Below the pieces are notes generated by a model. That model was not told the origin of the DNA, made no database searches, and saw only the letters and a list, made by a program, of their open reading frames with translations. The translations under genes were made by a program, and so were the position numbers. Shown piece after piece: positions 41,408-49,563 of a DNA stretch of 64,000 bases. The DNA comes from an uncultured virus (IMG/VR IMGVR_UViG_3300021429_004282) (taxonomy: Duplodnaviria; Heunggongvirae; Uroviricota; Caudoviricetes). The stretch is from IMG/VR virus record IMGVR_UViG_3300021429_004282. The stretch is one strand, 5' to 3'. Position 1 is the first letter of the stretch. Every line of letters starts with the position of its first letter.

Positions 41408-41689
41408 TTATTTTTTAGGTGGCAAGGTTGGTTCTTTAATTCCTTTTGGCGCAACAATATTTCCTGTAGTTGGGCATTGAATATCTTCAGTTGCTTTGTG
41501 ATAGCCATCCTCATAAGCTGTCAAAAGCTCATCATTCTGTTCTGATACAATTATCTTTAATTCCTCTTCTTGTATTTTATATAATTTTTGATTTTCTTGG
41601 GAGAAGAAATTGCTACGGTTTAATTGAAAACCTAAAAAAATATTTAAACCAATTGAAAAACCCAGTGTTGTAGTGAGAAAAAATTTCAT
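41408..41689 (-). CDS. Small protein with N-terminal signal/membrane anchor
   Basis: AGGAGG SD; AYEDGYHKA; similar plan to 287..826. Confidence 0.75.
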   Translation of the reverse strand: MKFFLTTTLGFSIGLNIFLGFQLNRSNFFSQENQKLYKIQEEELKIIVSEQNDELLTAYEDGYHKATEDIQCPTTGNIVAPKGIKEPTLPPKK

Positions 41690-41733
41690 AATGCCTCCTT
41701 GTTTTCTTTAGTTTATTGTTTTAAATTTTTTTG

Positions 41734-42045
41734 TCAAGAAAATTTTTCAATAAAAGGTCTTTTTGGAGTAGGCAATATTTCTCTATAAGAAGTTGGAATA
41801 TGCTTGTATCCTCTTTTTTGTAGAGATTCTCTTAGTTTGTGATAACTTTCAAAATTTTCTACAACTAGCTCCCAGTCAAATCTTTGTGGTTTATAAAAAT
41901 TATCTAAATGAAATTTCTGATCGTTTTCTAACTGTAAGTCTTTAGTCTGTAAATTTCTTTTGAATCCATATTTAAAATCACCTCTAAAAGTGGATATCAC
42001 TTCTATGGTAAATTTATCTCTTCTAGCCATATAAAGAAATTGCAT
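41734..42045 (-). CDS. Hypothetical protein
   Basis: 103 aa; AAGG SD. Confidence 0.7.
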   Translation of the reverse strand: MQFLYMARRDKFTIEVISTFRGDFKYGFKRNLQTKDLQLENDQKFHLDNFYKPQRFDWELVVENFESYHKLRESLQKRGYKHIPTSYREILPTPKRPFIEKFS

Positions 42046-42049
42046 CTAC

Positions 42050-42199
42050 TTACCTTTTTTGCAGTAATAATTTAAATAACTCTTCGAGTAAAATTTCCTT
42101 GTAGATATCATCAGGGCCTAAGGATTTTGTAAAAATATCAAATCCTTCTTCTGACTCTTTTAGTATATCTACATCACCGAGAGGATCTATGTTTCCCAT
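42050..42199 (-). CDS. 49-aa protein (MGNIDPLGDVDILKESEEG...)
   Basis: Manual translation; TATAAATA 4 nt upstream; abuts next gene. Confidence 0.65.
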   Translation of the reverse strand: MGNIDPLGDVDILKESEEGFDIFTKSLGPDDIYKEILLEELFKLLLQKR

Positions 42200-42446
42200 A
42201 GCTTATTTATATGAGATAAGAAACAACTTTGCTATTATTTTTAAAGGATTTGATAAAAATATAGCAGATGAGTTGAAAAAAATAGCAGTTGAAAATATCA
42301 AAATAAGTATTTTTTTGCAACCAGCATTTGCAGATGAAAATGTTTTTTGTATTGAAGACTGGCAAAAAATGGAAAAACAATTTGCTAAATACTATGAAGT
42401 GACAACAAATTCAAAATCAAATTTTTGCATAAACGAATTGATATGA
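42189..42446 (+). CDS. Possible hypothetical protein (start uncertain)
   Basis: 85 aa ORF filling a gap but overlapping the divergent start and promoter. Confidence 0.35.
   Translation: MFPIAYLYEIRNNFAIIFKGFDKNIADELKKIAVENIKISIFLQPAFADENVFCIEDWQKMEKQFAKYYEVTTNSKSNFCINELI
42204..42211 (-). promoter_or_regulatory. T4 late promoter consensus TATAAATA
   Basis: Minus strand reads TATAAATA-AGCT-ATG. Confidence 0.65.
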
Positions 42447-42521
42447 AATTGTTCCAAATATTAGTTTTTAATTCCACAACTTCATAGATAAATATATACT
42501 AGATTTCTATAAGGAGCAAGC

Positions 42522-43100
42522 ATGAGCGTATTCAGAGTAGCACTTAATAATCAGTCTCAAGGACTGATGGATATTAATCCTGCCACAGGATCCCAGATGG
42601 ATCCCTCTATTCAGAGGACAATTTATGTCGCTGGCCCCAATCGTAAGATTCGTGAGCTTATGGACGGCACAACTTTCACAGACTGCAACTACTGGAAGCA
42701 GTTTGCATACCCCCAAGTACCAGAATCAGAGGCTATCGTTGAAGTTGTAAGTGATGATGGTAGCATTTGGTCTAGTATAGAATCTGAAAACACCTTCCCC
42801 AAAGTTTACAGCCTAAGTTGTGCTGGTGGTTCAACTTACACATCAAATGTTGCTGATATTCTTGGAGACACAGGTGGATATGCAACATTCATCCAGATTA
42901 CCAACAATGGTAGCAACGATGTTTCTGTAAAAATCAATGGACTAAGCAGTGCCATTTTCACACTAGGCAACGGTGATACTCAGGTATTCAACAATGGAGA
43001 CTTGACAATTACTCAGCTAGCAATAGACAACTCTGCTTCTGGTGCTTCTACTGCAGTTGTTCAGATTATTTGCGCTGTCAAGAGCATGTGCAATAGCTAA
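42522..43100 (+). CDS. Putative structural (beta-rich) protein
   Basis: AAGGAG SD, ATAGATA/ATAAATA box upstream, own terminator. Confidence 0.8.
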   Translation: MSVFRVALNNQSQGLMDINPATGSQMDPSIQRTIYVAGPNRKIRELMDGTTFTDCNYWKQFAYPQVPESEAIVEVVSDDGSIWSSIESENTFPKVYSLSCAGGSTYTSNVADILGDTGGYATFIQITNNGSNDVSVKINGLSSAIFTLGNGDTQVFNNGDLTITQLAIDNSASGASTAVVQIICAVKSMCNS

Positions 43101-43120
43101 CGCAAATTTAAAATATATTT

Positions 43121-43158
43121 AAAAGAAAGAGGGGGAATTTTCTTCCTCTTTCTTTTTT
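43121..43158 (+). terminator. Rho-independent terminator
   Basis: aaaagaaagagg...cctctttctttt followed by T-run. Confidence 0.75.
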
Positions 43159-43163
43159 AGTGT

Positions 43164-44120
43164 ATGGCATCTTTAATAAAAGTTAAAAAGACAGACAGAC
43201 AAGTATCTCTAAAAAAGTTTTTTGAAATCAAAAAAAAGATTTTAATATTAAGAACATGTGGAGGATATGGGGACATTCTCAACATGAGGATGATATTTGA
43301 AGATTTAAAAAAAACTTATCCTGATTTTGATTTTTACTGGGCTGTTCCTCACGGGTATTTTCAGGCGGCTGGTAATCATCCGTATGTAAAAGGCTTGATT
43401 GATTCTGCTAATTTTAAACACGAAGATTATTTTCAGATTTACAACCTCTCGTATTGTTGTTCAAAATATGAATGGACTAAAGGAAAATATAATGACAAAA
43501 ACAGGGCTGATATTTGGGCATCTTTTGTTGGAATAGATTTGGAAAAACATGATATGCATATGCCCAATTTGCAAAAAAGATTCGCAATATTAGTAGAAAA
43601 ATTAAAAGCATTAGGATGGGATGGGCAGAAAAAACTAGTTTCATTTGCTCCAAGGTCCGCTTTGTCTGTTAAGAACTTGCCTGTTTATATGTGTGAATAT
43701 ATAAAAAAAATGACCAAAGATCATTTTTTATTCATATTGCACAACATACCAATATTAGAATTACTTCATTTACAAATACCAATATTAACAAACTTAAGTC
43801 TAGAAGATTCCATGGCTACAATTCAATTATCTGACTTTGTAATTTCCACAGACACAGGTCATTTGCATTGCTCTGGTGGTTATAAAAAGCCAACATTAGG
43901 AGTATTTTGTTATACAGATGGTTATAATATATCAAAATATTATGACAACACAATTATAGTACAAAAACACTACAAGGATGACGACTCTTACTGTGGACCA
44001 TGCAACAATTATGCAAATTGCACTGTTGCTCCTCAAGCAGAAATAAAGCCGTGTATGTCTTCAATAACACCAGAAATGCTTGAAAATGCTTGGAAAAAAG
44101 TGCTAATTATTGATAAATAA
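43164..44120 (+). CDS. Glycosyltransferase family 9 (heptosyltransferase-like, GT-B)
   Basis: ILILRTCGGYGDIL; VISTDTGHLH; PTLGVF; C-terminal CGPC...C..PCM. Confidence 0.85.
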   Translation: MASLIKVKKTDRQVSLKKFFEIKKKILILRTCGGYGDILNMRMIFEDLKKTYPDFDFYWAVPHGYFQAAGNHPYVKGLIDSANFKHEDYFQIYNLSYCCSKYEWTKGKYNDKNRADIWASFVGIDLEKHDMHMPNLQKRFAILVEKLKALGWDGQKKLVSFAPRSALSVKNLPVYMCEYIKKMTKDHFLFILHNIPILELLHLQIPILTNLSLEDSMATIQLSDFVISTDTGHLHCSGGYKKPTLGVFCYTDGYNISKYYDNTIIVQKHYKDDDSYCGPCNNYANCTVAPQAEIKPCMSSITPEMLENAWKKVLIIDK

Positions 44121-44148
44121 GTAGAATAGGAACTATAATATTTTACAG

Positions 44149-44379
44149 ATGGCACAGCTTTTAAAACCACAAAATGTCAAGATTGTAACCAAAGATGGAG
44201 AGATAGTAATATCTTTACAGCTTGACATCAATATAAATTTAAATCAGCTGGGTGTGCCAACTGTTTCATCTGGTGTTTCACTTCCAGAACAAAAAACCAC
44301 AACAAGCAGTAAGCAAGATGATGTTGCATGGGAAATTCCAGATTTTGGTCCGACAGAAAAGATCAAATTTGGTAAATAG
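44149..44379 (+). CDS. Small conserved protein preceding the actin-like gene
   Basis: 76 aa; C-terminal WEIPDF...IKFGK. Confidence 0.7.
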   Translation: MAQLLKPQNVKIVTKDGEIVISLQLDININLNQLGVPTVSSGVSLPEQKTTTSSKQDDVAWEIPDFGPTEKIKFGK

Positions 44380-44392
44380 AACAGGAGAAAAC

Positions 44393-45400
44393 ATGGGTAA
44401 AATTGGTTTCGATTTTGGGACTTACAATTTAATTTGCTGCAAAAGAGACGATAACAATAATTTCGTTTTCAAAAAAGAAATTAATGCATTTATAGAACTA
44501 CCTCTAGAGAACAGGTTTGTATTCAATATGATGAAACAAGCCGGTGTTCCATTGGTCGAGAGAGGTGATAAGGCATATGCCCTAGGTGAAGCTGCAATTA
44601 ATATGGCTTATACTCTACCAACCATTGAGCTTAAGCGACCAATGAAAGATGGTTGCGTCAATCCCAAAGAAAGAGATGCATTTCAAATATTAAGCATTAT
44701 GGCACATAGCTTGGTTGATCCAATTAAAAAAGATGGAAGTGGTCTTTATTTTTGCGTGCCAGCAAATGCTATCAATGCTGAAACAGATGCAGATTATCAT
44801 GGCAAAGTATGTGAATCAATATTCAAAAGTTATGAATCGGATGAAGGTTATAAAGTATCTCCAAAGCCTATCAATGAAGCCTTGGCTCTTGTTTATGCAG
44901 AACTTGCAAGCAAAGCTTTTACAGGAGTTGGCATAAGCTTTGGAGCGGGAATGGTTAATGTTTGTTATGCTATGTATGGCAATCCTATTTTCCAATTTGC
45001 TCTAGTTAATTCTGGTGACTGGATAGACAATCAGGCAGCAAAAGCAACTGGTGAAAGCCCAACATTCATCAATAAGCAAAAAACGAAGGTTGATCTACTG
45101 GCTCCACCTACCGATCTAATCGACAGGGCAATCATAACTCAATACAGACTTATGATAGAAAAGACTGTCGCTGGCATAAAAGAAGGTCTTGCAACTGCTA
45201 AAAAGTCTGTTAAGTCAGAAAATCCTGTTGATTTCGTGGTGGCAGGGGGAACATCCATGGCCAAAGGTTTCACAGAAATATTCTCTGAGACTTTAAAACA
45301 AGCAAATCTTAGCATTCCTGTTGGAGAAGTAATTAGACCTGCAGAGCCATTGTATAGTGTGGCCAAGGGATGTTTGTTGGCCGCTGAAGCGGCTGGTTGA
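44393..45400 (+). CDS. Actin-like ATPase (MreB/MamK/ParM superfamily)
   Basis: AGGAG SD; phosphate-1 GFDFGTYN, connect-1 INEALA, phosphate-2 ISFGAGMVNV, adenosine VAGGTS, connect-2 VAKG. Confidence 0.9.
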   Translation: MGKIGFDFGTYNLICCKRDDNNNFVFKKEINAFIELPLENRFVFNMMKQAGVPLVERGDKAYALGEAAINMAYTLPTIELKRPMKDGCVNPKERDAFQILSIMAHSLVDPIKKDGSGLYFCVPANAINAETDADYHGKVCESIFKSYESDEGYKVSPKPINEALALVYAELASKAFTGVGISFGAGMVNVCYAMYGNPIFQFALVNSGDWIDNQAAKATGESPTFINKQKTKVDLLAPPTDLIDRAIITQYRLMIEKTVAGIKEGLATAKKSVKSENPVDFVVAGGTSMAKGFTEIFSETLKQANLSIPVGEVIRPAEPLYSVAKGCLLAAEAAG

Positions 45401-45431
45401 AAGTTTTGAAAGATTGAAAGGCTAGTTAAAA

Positions 45432-45887
45432 ATGAAAAAAGAAACTGTTTCAAGAGCAGTACAAGATCTTGGTGTGGCTGCATATGTTCTTATGCATGGG
45501 CATGCTTTGTCTGGTAGAAAAGAAAGAACTTTTATTTTTGGTGTTGATAAAAATCAACTTAAAGAATTTGAAGATCTTAAAACTGCATATTTGTTTAGTG
45601 AGTTCCATTACTTTGATCATTGTCTTATGGGACTTAAAAAACTGGAAGAATACCCTTATACAATAAATTCAAACAAGTTTTTAACAGACTTGGGTGCAGC
45701 TGCATTTCTTTTAATGCATAAATTCAAGCTTCTCGGCAAAAAGGGCCGATCTTTCTATTTTGATATACATACCGAAGATGAAGAAAGACAATTTGATGAA
45801 ACTAATCTTCAATATACAGCATCAGAGTTTCACGACTTTGATTCTAAACTTATGTCATTAAAGAAGATTGGTGAATTTACACGCTGA
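45432..45887 (+). CDS. Protein of two tandem DLGxAA(F/Y) domains (DUF5659-like)
   Basis: DLGVAAYVLMH...SEFHYFD..LMGLKK repeated as DLGAAAFLLMH...SEFHDFD..LMSLKK. Confidence 0.8.
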   Translation: MKKETVSRAVQDLGVAAYVLMHGHALSGRKERTFIFGVDKNQLKEFEDLKTAYLFSEFHYFDHCLMGLKKLEEYPYTINSNKFLTDLGAAAFLLMHKFKLLGKKGRSFYFDIHTEDEERQFDETNLQYTASEFHDFDSKLMSLKKIGEFTR

Positions 45888-45888
45888 T

Positions 45889-46212
45889 TCAATCAAACAG
45901 TTGCTTTAATTCAGAAACATTTTGGGGTGCTGGTATATCCAGCACCTCTTTATTTTCTACGACAGAATTGTCCTCTGCTGGTACAAATTTTTCTTCTGAA
46001 ATAGAAATTATCTTATCGTAAAATATAAAATTCATACATTTGCTTTTTACATGTTCAAACCAAATTCCTTGATCATCCATTTCTGTAACTCGTCCCAAAA
46101 AATAATCAAGTATTTGTTCTTCGTCAAAATTACGATTTATTGGACTGACAAAAAAAGTCACTATCTTGTTTTTGAAATACTCAAGGCTTTTTTTTTGTTG
46201 ATTCGTAACCAT
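45889..46212 (-). CDS. Hypothetical protein, possible Sm/SH3-like barrel
   Basis: GRVTEMDDQGI...FIFYDKIISI. Confidence 0.65.
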   Translation of the reverse strand: MVTNQQKKSLEYFKNKIVTFFVSPINRNFDEEQILDYFLGRVTEMDDQGIWFEHVKSKCMNFIFYDKIISISEEKFVPAEDNSVVENKEVLDIPAPQNVSELKQLFD

Positions 46213-47209
46213 ATGGCTGCTCACTTTCTAAATTTTCTTCTATTTTTTCAATATAACTCTTTAATATTTTAGCGTCAAAATTACATAAAAAACTATTCCA
46301 GTCTTTACATTGGCTAGGTGGGCAGGCTTTTGTAATTCTATTTGTTGGATTAATTAGGCAAAATAATGTTAGCTTTTGTTGCATTTTTAAAACGGCAGAT
46401 TGTCCTGCTTCATCCATATCTAAAGCCAAACATACTCTATAGTTTGAAAGCATAGCTGCCTGTTTATCGCTTAGATTTTTGCCGCCACATGCAACTGCAT
46501 TAAAACCTGCGTAAAACAGAGAAAGAGCATCAAATTCTCCTTCACACAAATATAGTTTTGAACCTTTTTCAGGATAATTAGTGAAAAAAAGGACATCTTC
46601 CTTTCCTATTCCACAATCTTTATCAGGACCTTTGTATCTTAAATCATCTCCTATAATTGTTCTGCCATTAAAATAAATTAAATCGTTATTTTGAGAGTAG
46701 TATGGTATTATAATTCTACCATGAAAGCGACCTCCGATACAGATAAATAAATTATCGAGTTGTATTTTTCTATCTAATAAATAATTTCTGGCACGCTGAT
46801 ACCAGTTTTCTGGGGCTTGCGTCAGCTTGTGAGTATATGGGGGCAGAGATAAGGTTTTTGTTTCCAAAATGACATCCCATGTGGGCACTTCATCTGTCTC
46901 TATTTCTTCAAATTCTTCTATTGGCCTACCTCGTTGACGGCTTATTCCTAAAATGCCAAGAGCAGATTTAAAATCACATTTTTCTATTTCCATTACTAAA
47001 GAAACTAAACTTCCTTTTCTATCAGTTTTCCAACAATGATAAACACCGTATGGCCTTTGATTTTTTCCACCAGCCGGATTACACCACAGATGTTGTTTGC
47101 TATCGCTTTCTGCAAATATTGAATTGATTCTCACCTCATCCCCACGAACATCAACTTTATCAAAATATTTTTCTGCCCATTGAACAAAAATTTCTTTTTC
47201 TATAGCCAT
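46181..47209 (-). CDS. DNA primase (DnaG/gp61-like TOPRIM)
   Basis: RIIIPY, YFNGR, LCEGEFDAL, ALDMDEAG, KDWN. Confidence 0.92.
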   Translation of the reverse strand: MAIEKEIFVQWAEKYFDKVDVRGDEVRINSIFAESDSKQHLWCNPAGGKNQRPYGVYHCWKTDRKGSLVSLVMEIEKCDFKSALGILGISRQRGRPIEEFEEIETDEVPTWDVILETKTLSLPPYTHKLTQAPENWYQRARNYLLDRKIQLDNLFICIGGRFHGRIIIPYYSQNNDLIYFNGRTIIGDDLRYKGPDKDCGIGKEDVLFFTNYPEKGSKLYLCEGEFDALSLFYAGFNAVACGGKNLSDKQAAMLSNYRVCLALDMDEAGQSAVLKMQQKLTLFCLINPTNRITKACPPSQCKDWNSFLCNFDAKILKSYIEKIEENLESEQPYGYESTKKKP

Positions 47210-47239
47210 GTTGGAAATCCTTGTAGACTATAATAAATT

Positions 47240-48010
47240 ATGCTAATCAACCATTTAAGTGTAAGCAGAAGTCAATGCTTTGAGCTCTGCCAACAACAAT
47301 ACAAATACCGATACCACCTAAAAATTGTACCAGACAAGCCAGAACAAGTCTATTTTGTTTATGGTAAATTGATTCATAAGGCTGCTGAAATTTATGTTGA
47401 GACAAAAGGCGCACAACCTATTGTTGAAATAGGTAAAAAATTAATTAGTGGAATTGAAAAATTTGATGGTTCAAACAACTTGCACTTATTGACTAATGAA
47501 TATAGAAGTAAATTTTGGAAACATTTGAAAGTTGTTGAAAAAATAACAGAAAAAGTAGGTTTTGATGGTCTTATCGAATATAAAGTAGAATACGATCTTG
47601 ATGCTCCGAACAACAAAATATTACTTGGATTTATTGATAGATTAATATTAAAGAATGATAGAGCTATTATTCTAGATTACAAAACATCTAAAGATAATTC
47701 GTGGAGAAAAACCCAAGAAACTATAAAAACTGATTTGCAGCTGAATGCTTATGCAATGGTTATAAATGATAAATTTGGTATTGAACCTGAAAAAATTCAA
47801 GCTGCTTTAATTTATCTTGAAGGAGCAAAAACAGTAAGTACTAATTTCAAAAAAGAAAATCTTCTTAAAGTAAAAGAAAATCTTAAAAACTTATATTGTA
47901 AAATTGAAAACACAGACGAAAATAAAGCCGAAGCAAATGTCGGATCACATTGTTGGAGATGTGATTATTCTAATATGTGTCCATATTTTAGAAGTAAAAA
48001 CGCATGTTAA
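47240..48010 (+). CDS. Cas4/AddB-like PD-(D/E)xK exonuclease
   Basis: LSVSR..C; G..IH; GFIDRL; ILDYKT; QLNAY; C-terminal CWRCDY..C. Confidence 0.9.
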   Translation: MLINHLSVSRSQCFELCQQQYKYRYHLKIVPDKPEQVYFVYGKLIHKAAEIYVETKGAQPIVEIGKKLISGIEKFDGSNNLHLLTNEYRSKFWKHLKVVEKITEKVGFDGLIEYKVEYDLDAPNNKILLGFIDRLILKNDRAIILDYKTSKDNSWRKTQETIKTDLQLNAYAMVINDKFGIEPEKIQAALIYLEGAKTVSTNFKKENLLKVKENLKNLYCKIENTDENKAEANVGSHCWRCDYSNMCPYFRSKNAC

Positions 48011-48471
48011 ACAAAAACAAAATAAATGTTTATCCTCTTTTCATAAGTCATCATATATTTTTGACTAAAGAACAAAGATATGATATTTATGAAGGTTCAA
48101 AAGTGCATACTTTTGGTTCAATTATAGAAACAACTAATTTGAATAATAAAAAAGAATTTTTCCCACATGAAATATTTGTGGATTATGTTCTGGATACTGA
48201 ACCCTCATCGAATGTTGTTGAAATTAGAAAAGATAAATATCATGTGCATTTGCCAATTAAATTTATACATGGAGATATGGATTTAGAAAATTTAAATACA
48301 GATGACTATTTCTATTCAGAGGACTTGTTAGACATAGATGATGGTGGCAGGCAAGAAATTTATTTTAAATGGAAAAGGATTTATACGGATGAAAATAAAA
48401 AAATAGTCACTCTGCACAATTTTAATTTGCGAGATATTGAATTGTTTAAAACTAGTTACAGTTTCATTTAA
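48004..48471 (+). CDS. Hypothetical protein
   Basis: 155 aa overlapping nuclease stop. Confidence 0.65.
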   Translation: MLNKNKINVYPLFISHHIFLTKEQRYDIYEGSKVHTFGSIIETTNLNNKKEFFPHEIFVDYVLDTEPSSNVVEIRKDKYHVHLPIKFIHGDMDLENLNTDDYFYSEDLLDIDDGGRQEIYFKWKRIYTDENKKIVTLHNFNLRDIELFKTSYSFI

Positions 48472-48993
48472 TTAGCAGTTTCTTAAGGCCATAGAGAACC
48501 TAAGCGTGATGCTATTGCCTGCAGAAACAGTTGCAGGGCTACTTAGTGCTACGCTAGAATACAAGACACCAGATGTGCCAGAGCTTGCATTTGTAAGAAA
48601 AACATTTTTTACAGGACCCCAAGACGATCCTGTGGCAGAAAATGTAAGAATAGCTGTTTTAGCTTTTACTGTAGTTCCTGATGTTTCTATGGTAAATCCA
48701 GTTGTTGCGCTGACACCATATCTAACATAACCATTTCCAGTAGGCTCTCCAACCAAAGAAGATAATACATCTGTTTCTGACAAGGTTGTTCTATTATCTA
48801 GACCTATATAATAATCAGTAGGTATATAAGTATTTGTAGTGTTGCCGCCTACAAAAAGAGCTTGTAGTATTTGTGTTTCTCCACCAACATGCAAAATATT
48901 TGGTTTATTATATTCTTCATATAAAATTTTGGTTCCATTCCTAAGTTGAAATGATTCCAAAATCATTATTCCCGGCCATTTTTTATTTTGCAT
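48472..48993 (-). CDS. Putative tail structural protein
   Basis: YYIGL, EPTGNGYVR, TFSATGSSWGPV pattern. Confidence 0.7.
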   Translation of the reverse strand: MQNKKWPGIMILESFQLRNGTKILYEEYNKPNILHVGGETQILQALFVGGNTTNTYIPTDYYIGLDNRTTLSETDVLSSLVGEPTGNGYVRYGVSATTGFTIETSGTTVKAKTAILTFSATGSSWGPVKNVFLTNASSGTSGVLYSSVALSSPATVSAGNSITLRFSMALRNC

Positions 48994-49021
48994 ATAAACC
49001 CCAAAAATTTTTTAATATTAA

Positions 49022-49035
49022 ATAAATATATCTAT
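49022..49035. promoter_or_regulatory. Overlapping divergent late-type boxes (ATAAATA on +, ATAGATA on -)
   Basis: aataaatatatctatg between divergent genes 48993 and 49034. Confidence 0.5.
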
Positions 49036-49222
49036 GAAAACATTTAGAGAATATCTGACTTTAAAGGAAATAGCTGACAACTTTGGTTTGGAACCACCCA
49101 AACAAAATCCTATTCAAAAAAAACCAGCTTTGCACGGGGTGTGGTCTGACGATGAAAAACCACCTACCGCCAAATCTCGCAAAAAGCCAACTAGAGACGA
49201 AATACTAAGATCTAAGTACTAA
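49034..49222 (+). CDS. Small basic protein with capsid-targeting-like leader (MKTFREYLTLKE)
   Basis: 62 aa. Confidence 0.75.
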   Translation: MKTFREYLTLKEIADNFGLEPPKQNPIQKKPALHGVWSDDEKPPTAKSRKKPTRDEILRSKY

Positions 49223-49226
49223 ACAA

Positions 49227-49553
49227 TCAATAATTGTCTTCGTCTTCGTCATCATCCCAGTCATCGTCATCATCATCGTCTTCATCACCCCAGTCGTCAT
49301 CGTCGTCATCTTCATCTTCGTCGTCGTCTTCATCCCATTCGTCGTCTTCATCTTCGTCGTCGTCATCCCAATCGTCTTCATCTTCGTCTTCTTCTTCTTC
49401 ATCTTCGTCTTCATCTTCATCCCAATCGTCTTCGTCCTCGTCATCATCATCATGACTAGATGAAAACGCATAAACATCAGACTCTTGGTTGGCCCGAAAA
49501 TTTTCATAGTATTCTTCGAATACAGAATCTAAAATTTCATAATAAAAGAACAT
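49227..49553 (-). CDS. Extremely acidic Asp/Glu protein with periodic Trp
   Basis: AAGGAG SD before MFFYYE; C-terminal ~70 residues almost all D/E. Confidence 0.75.
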   Translation of the reverse strand: MFFYYEILDSVFEEYYENFRANQESDVYAFSSSHDDDDEDEDDWDEDEDEDEEEEDEDEDDWDDDDEDEDDEWDEDDDEDEDDDDDDWGDEDDDDDDDWDDDEDEDNY

Positions 49554-49563
49554 AACCATCTCC

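Noticed and set aside
44252..44392. 47-aa N-terminal extension of the actin-like ORF
   Set aside because: Overlaps the upstream gene; AGGAG and the phosphate-1 motif favour ATG 44393
49205..49507. Poly-Ser and Met/Thr/Lys-rich ORFs
   Set aside because: Shadows of the Asp/Glu repeat; only the acidic frame has an SD and a sensible N-terminus
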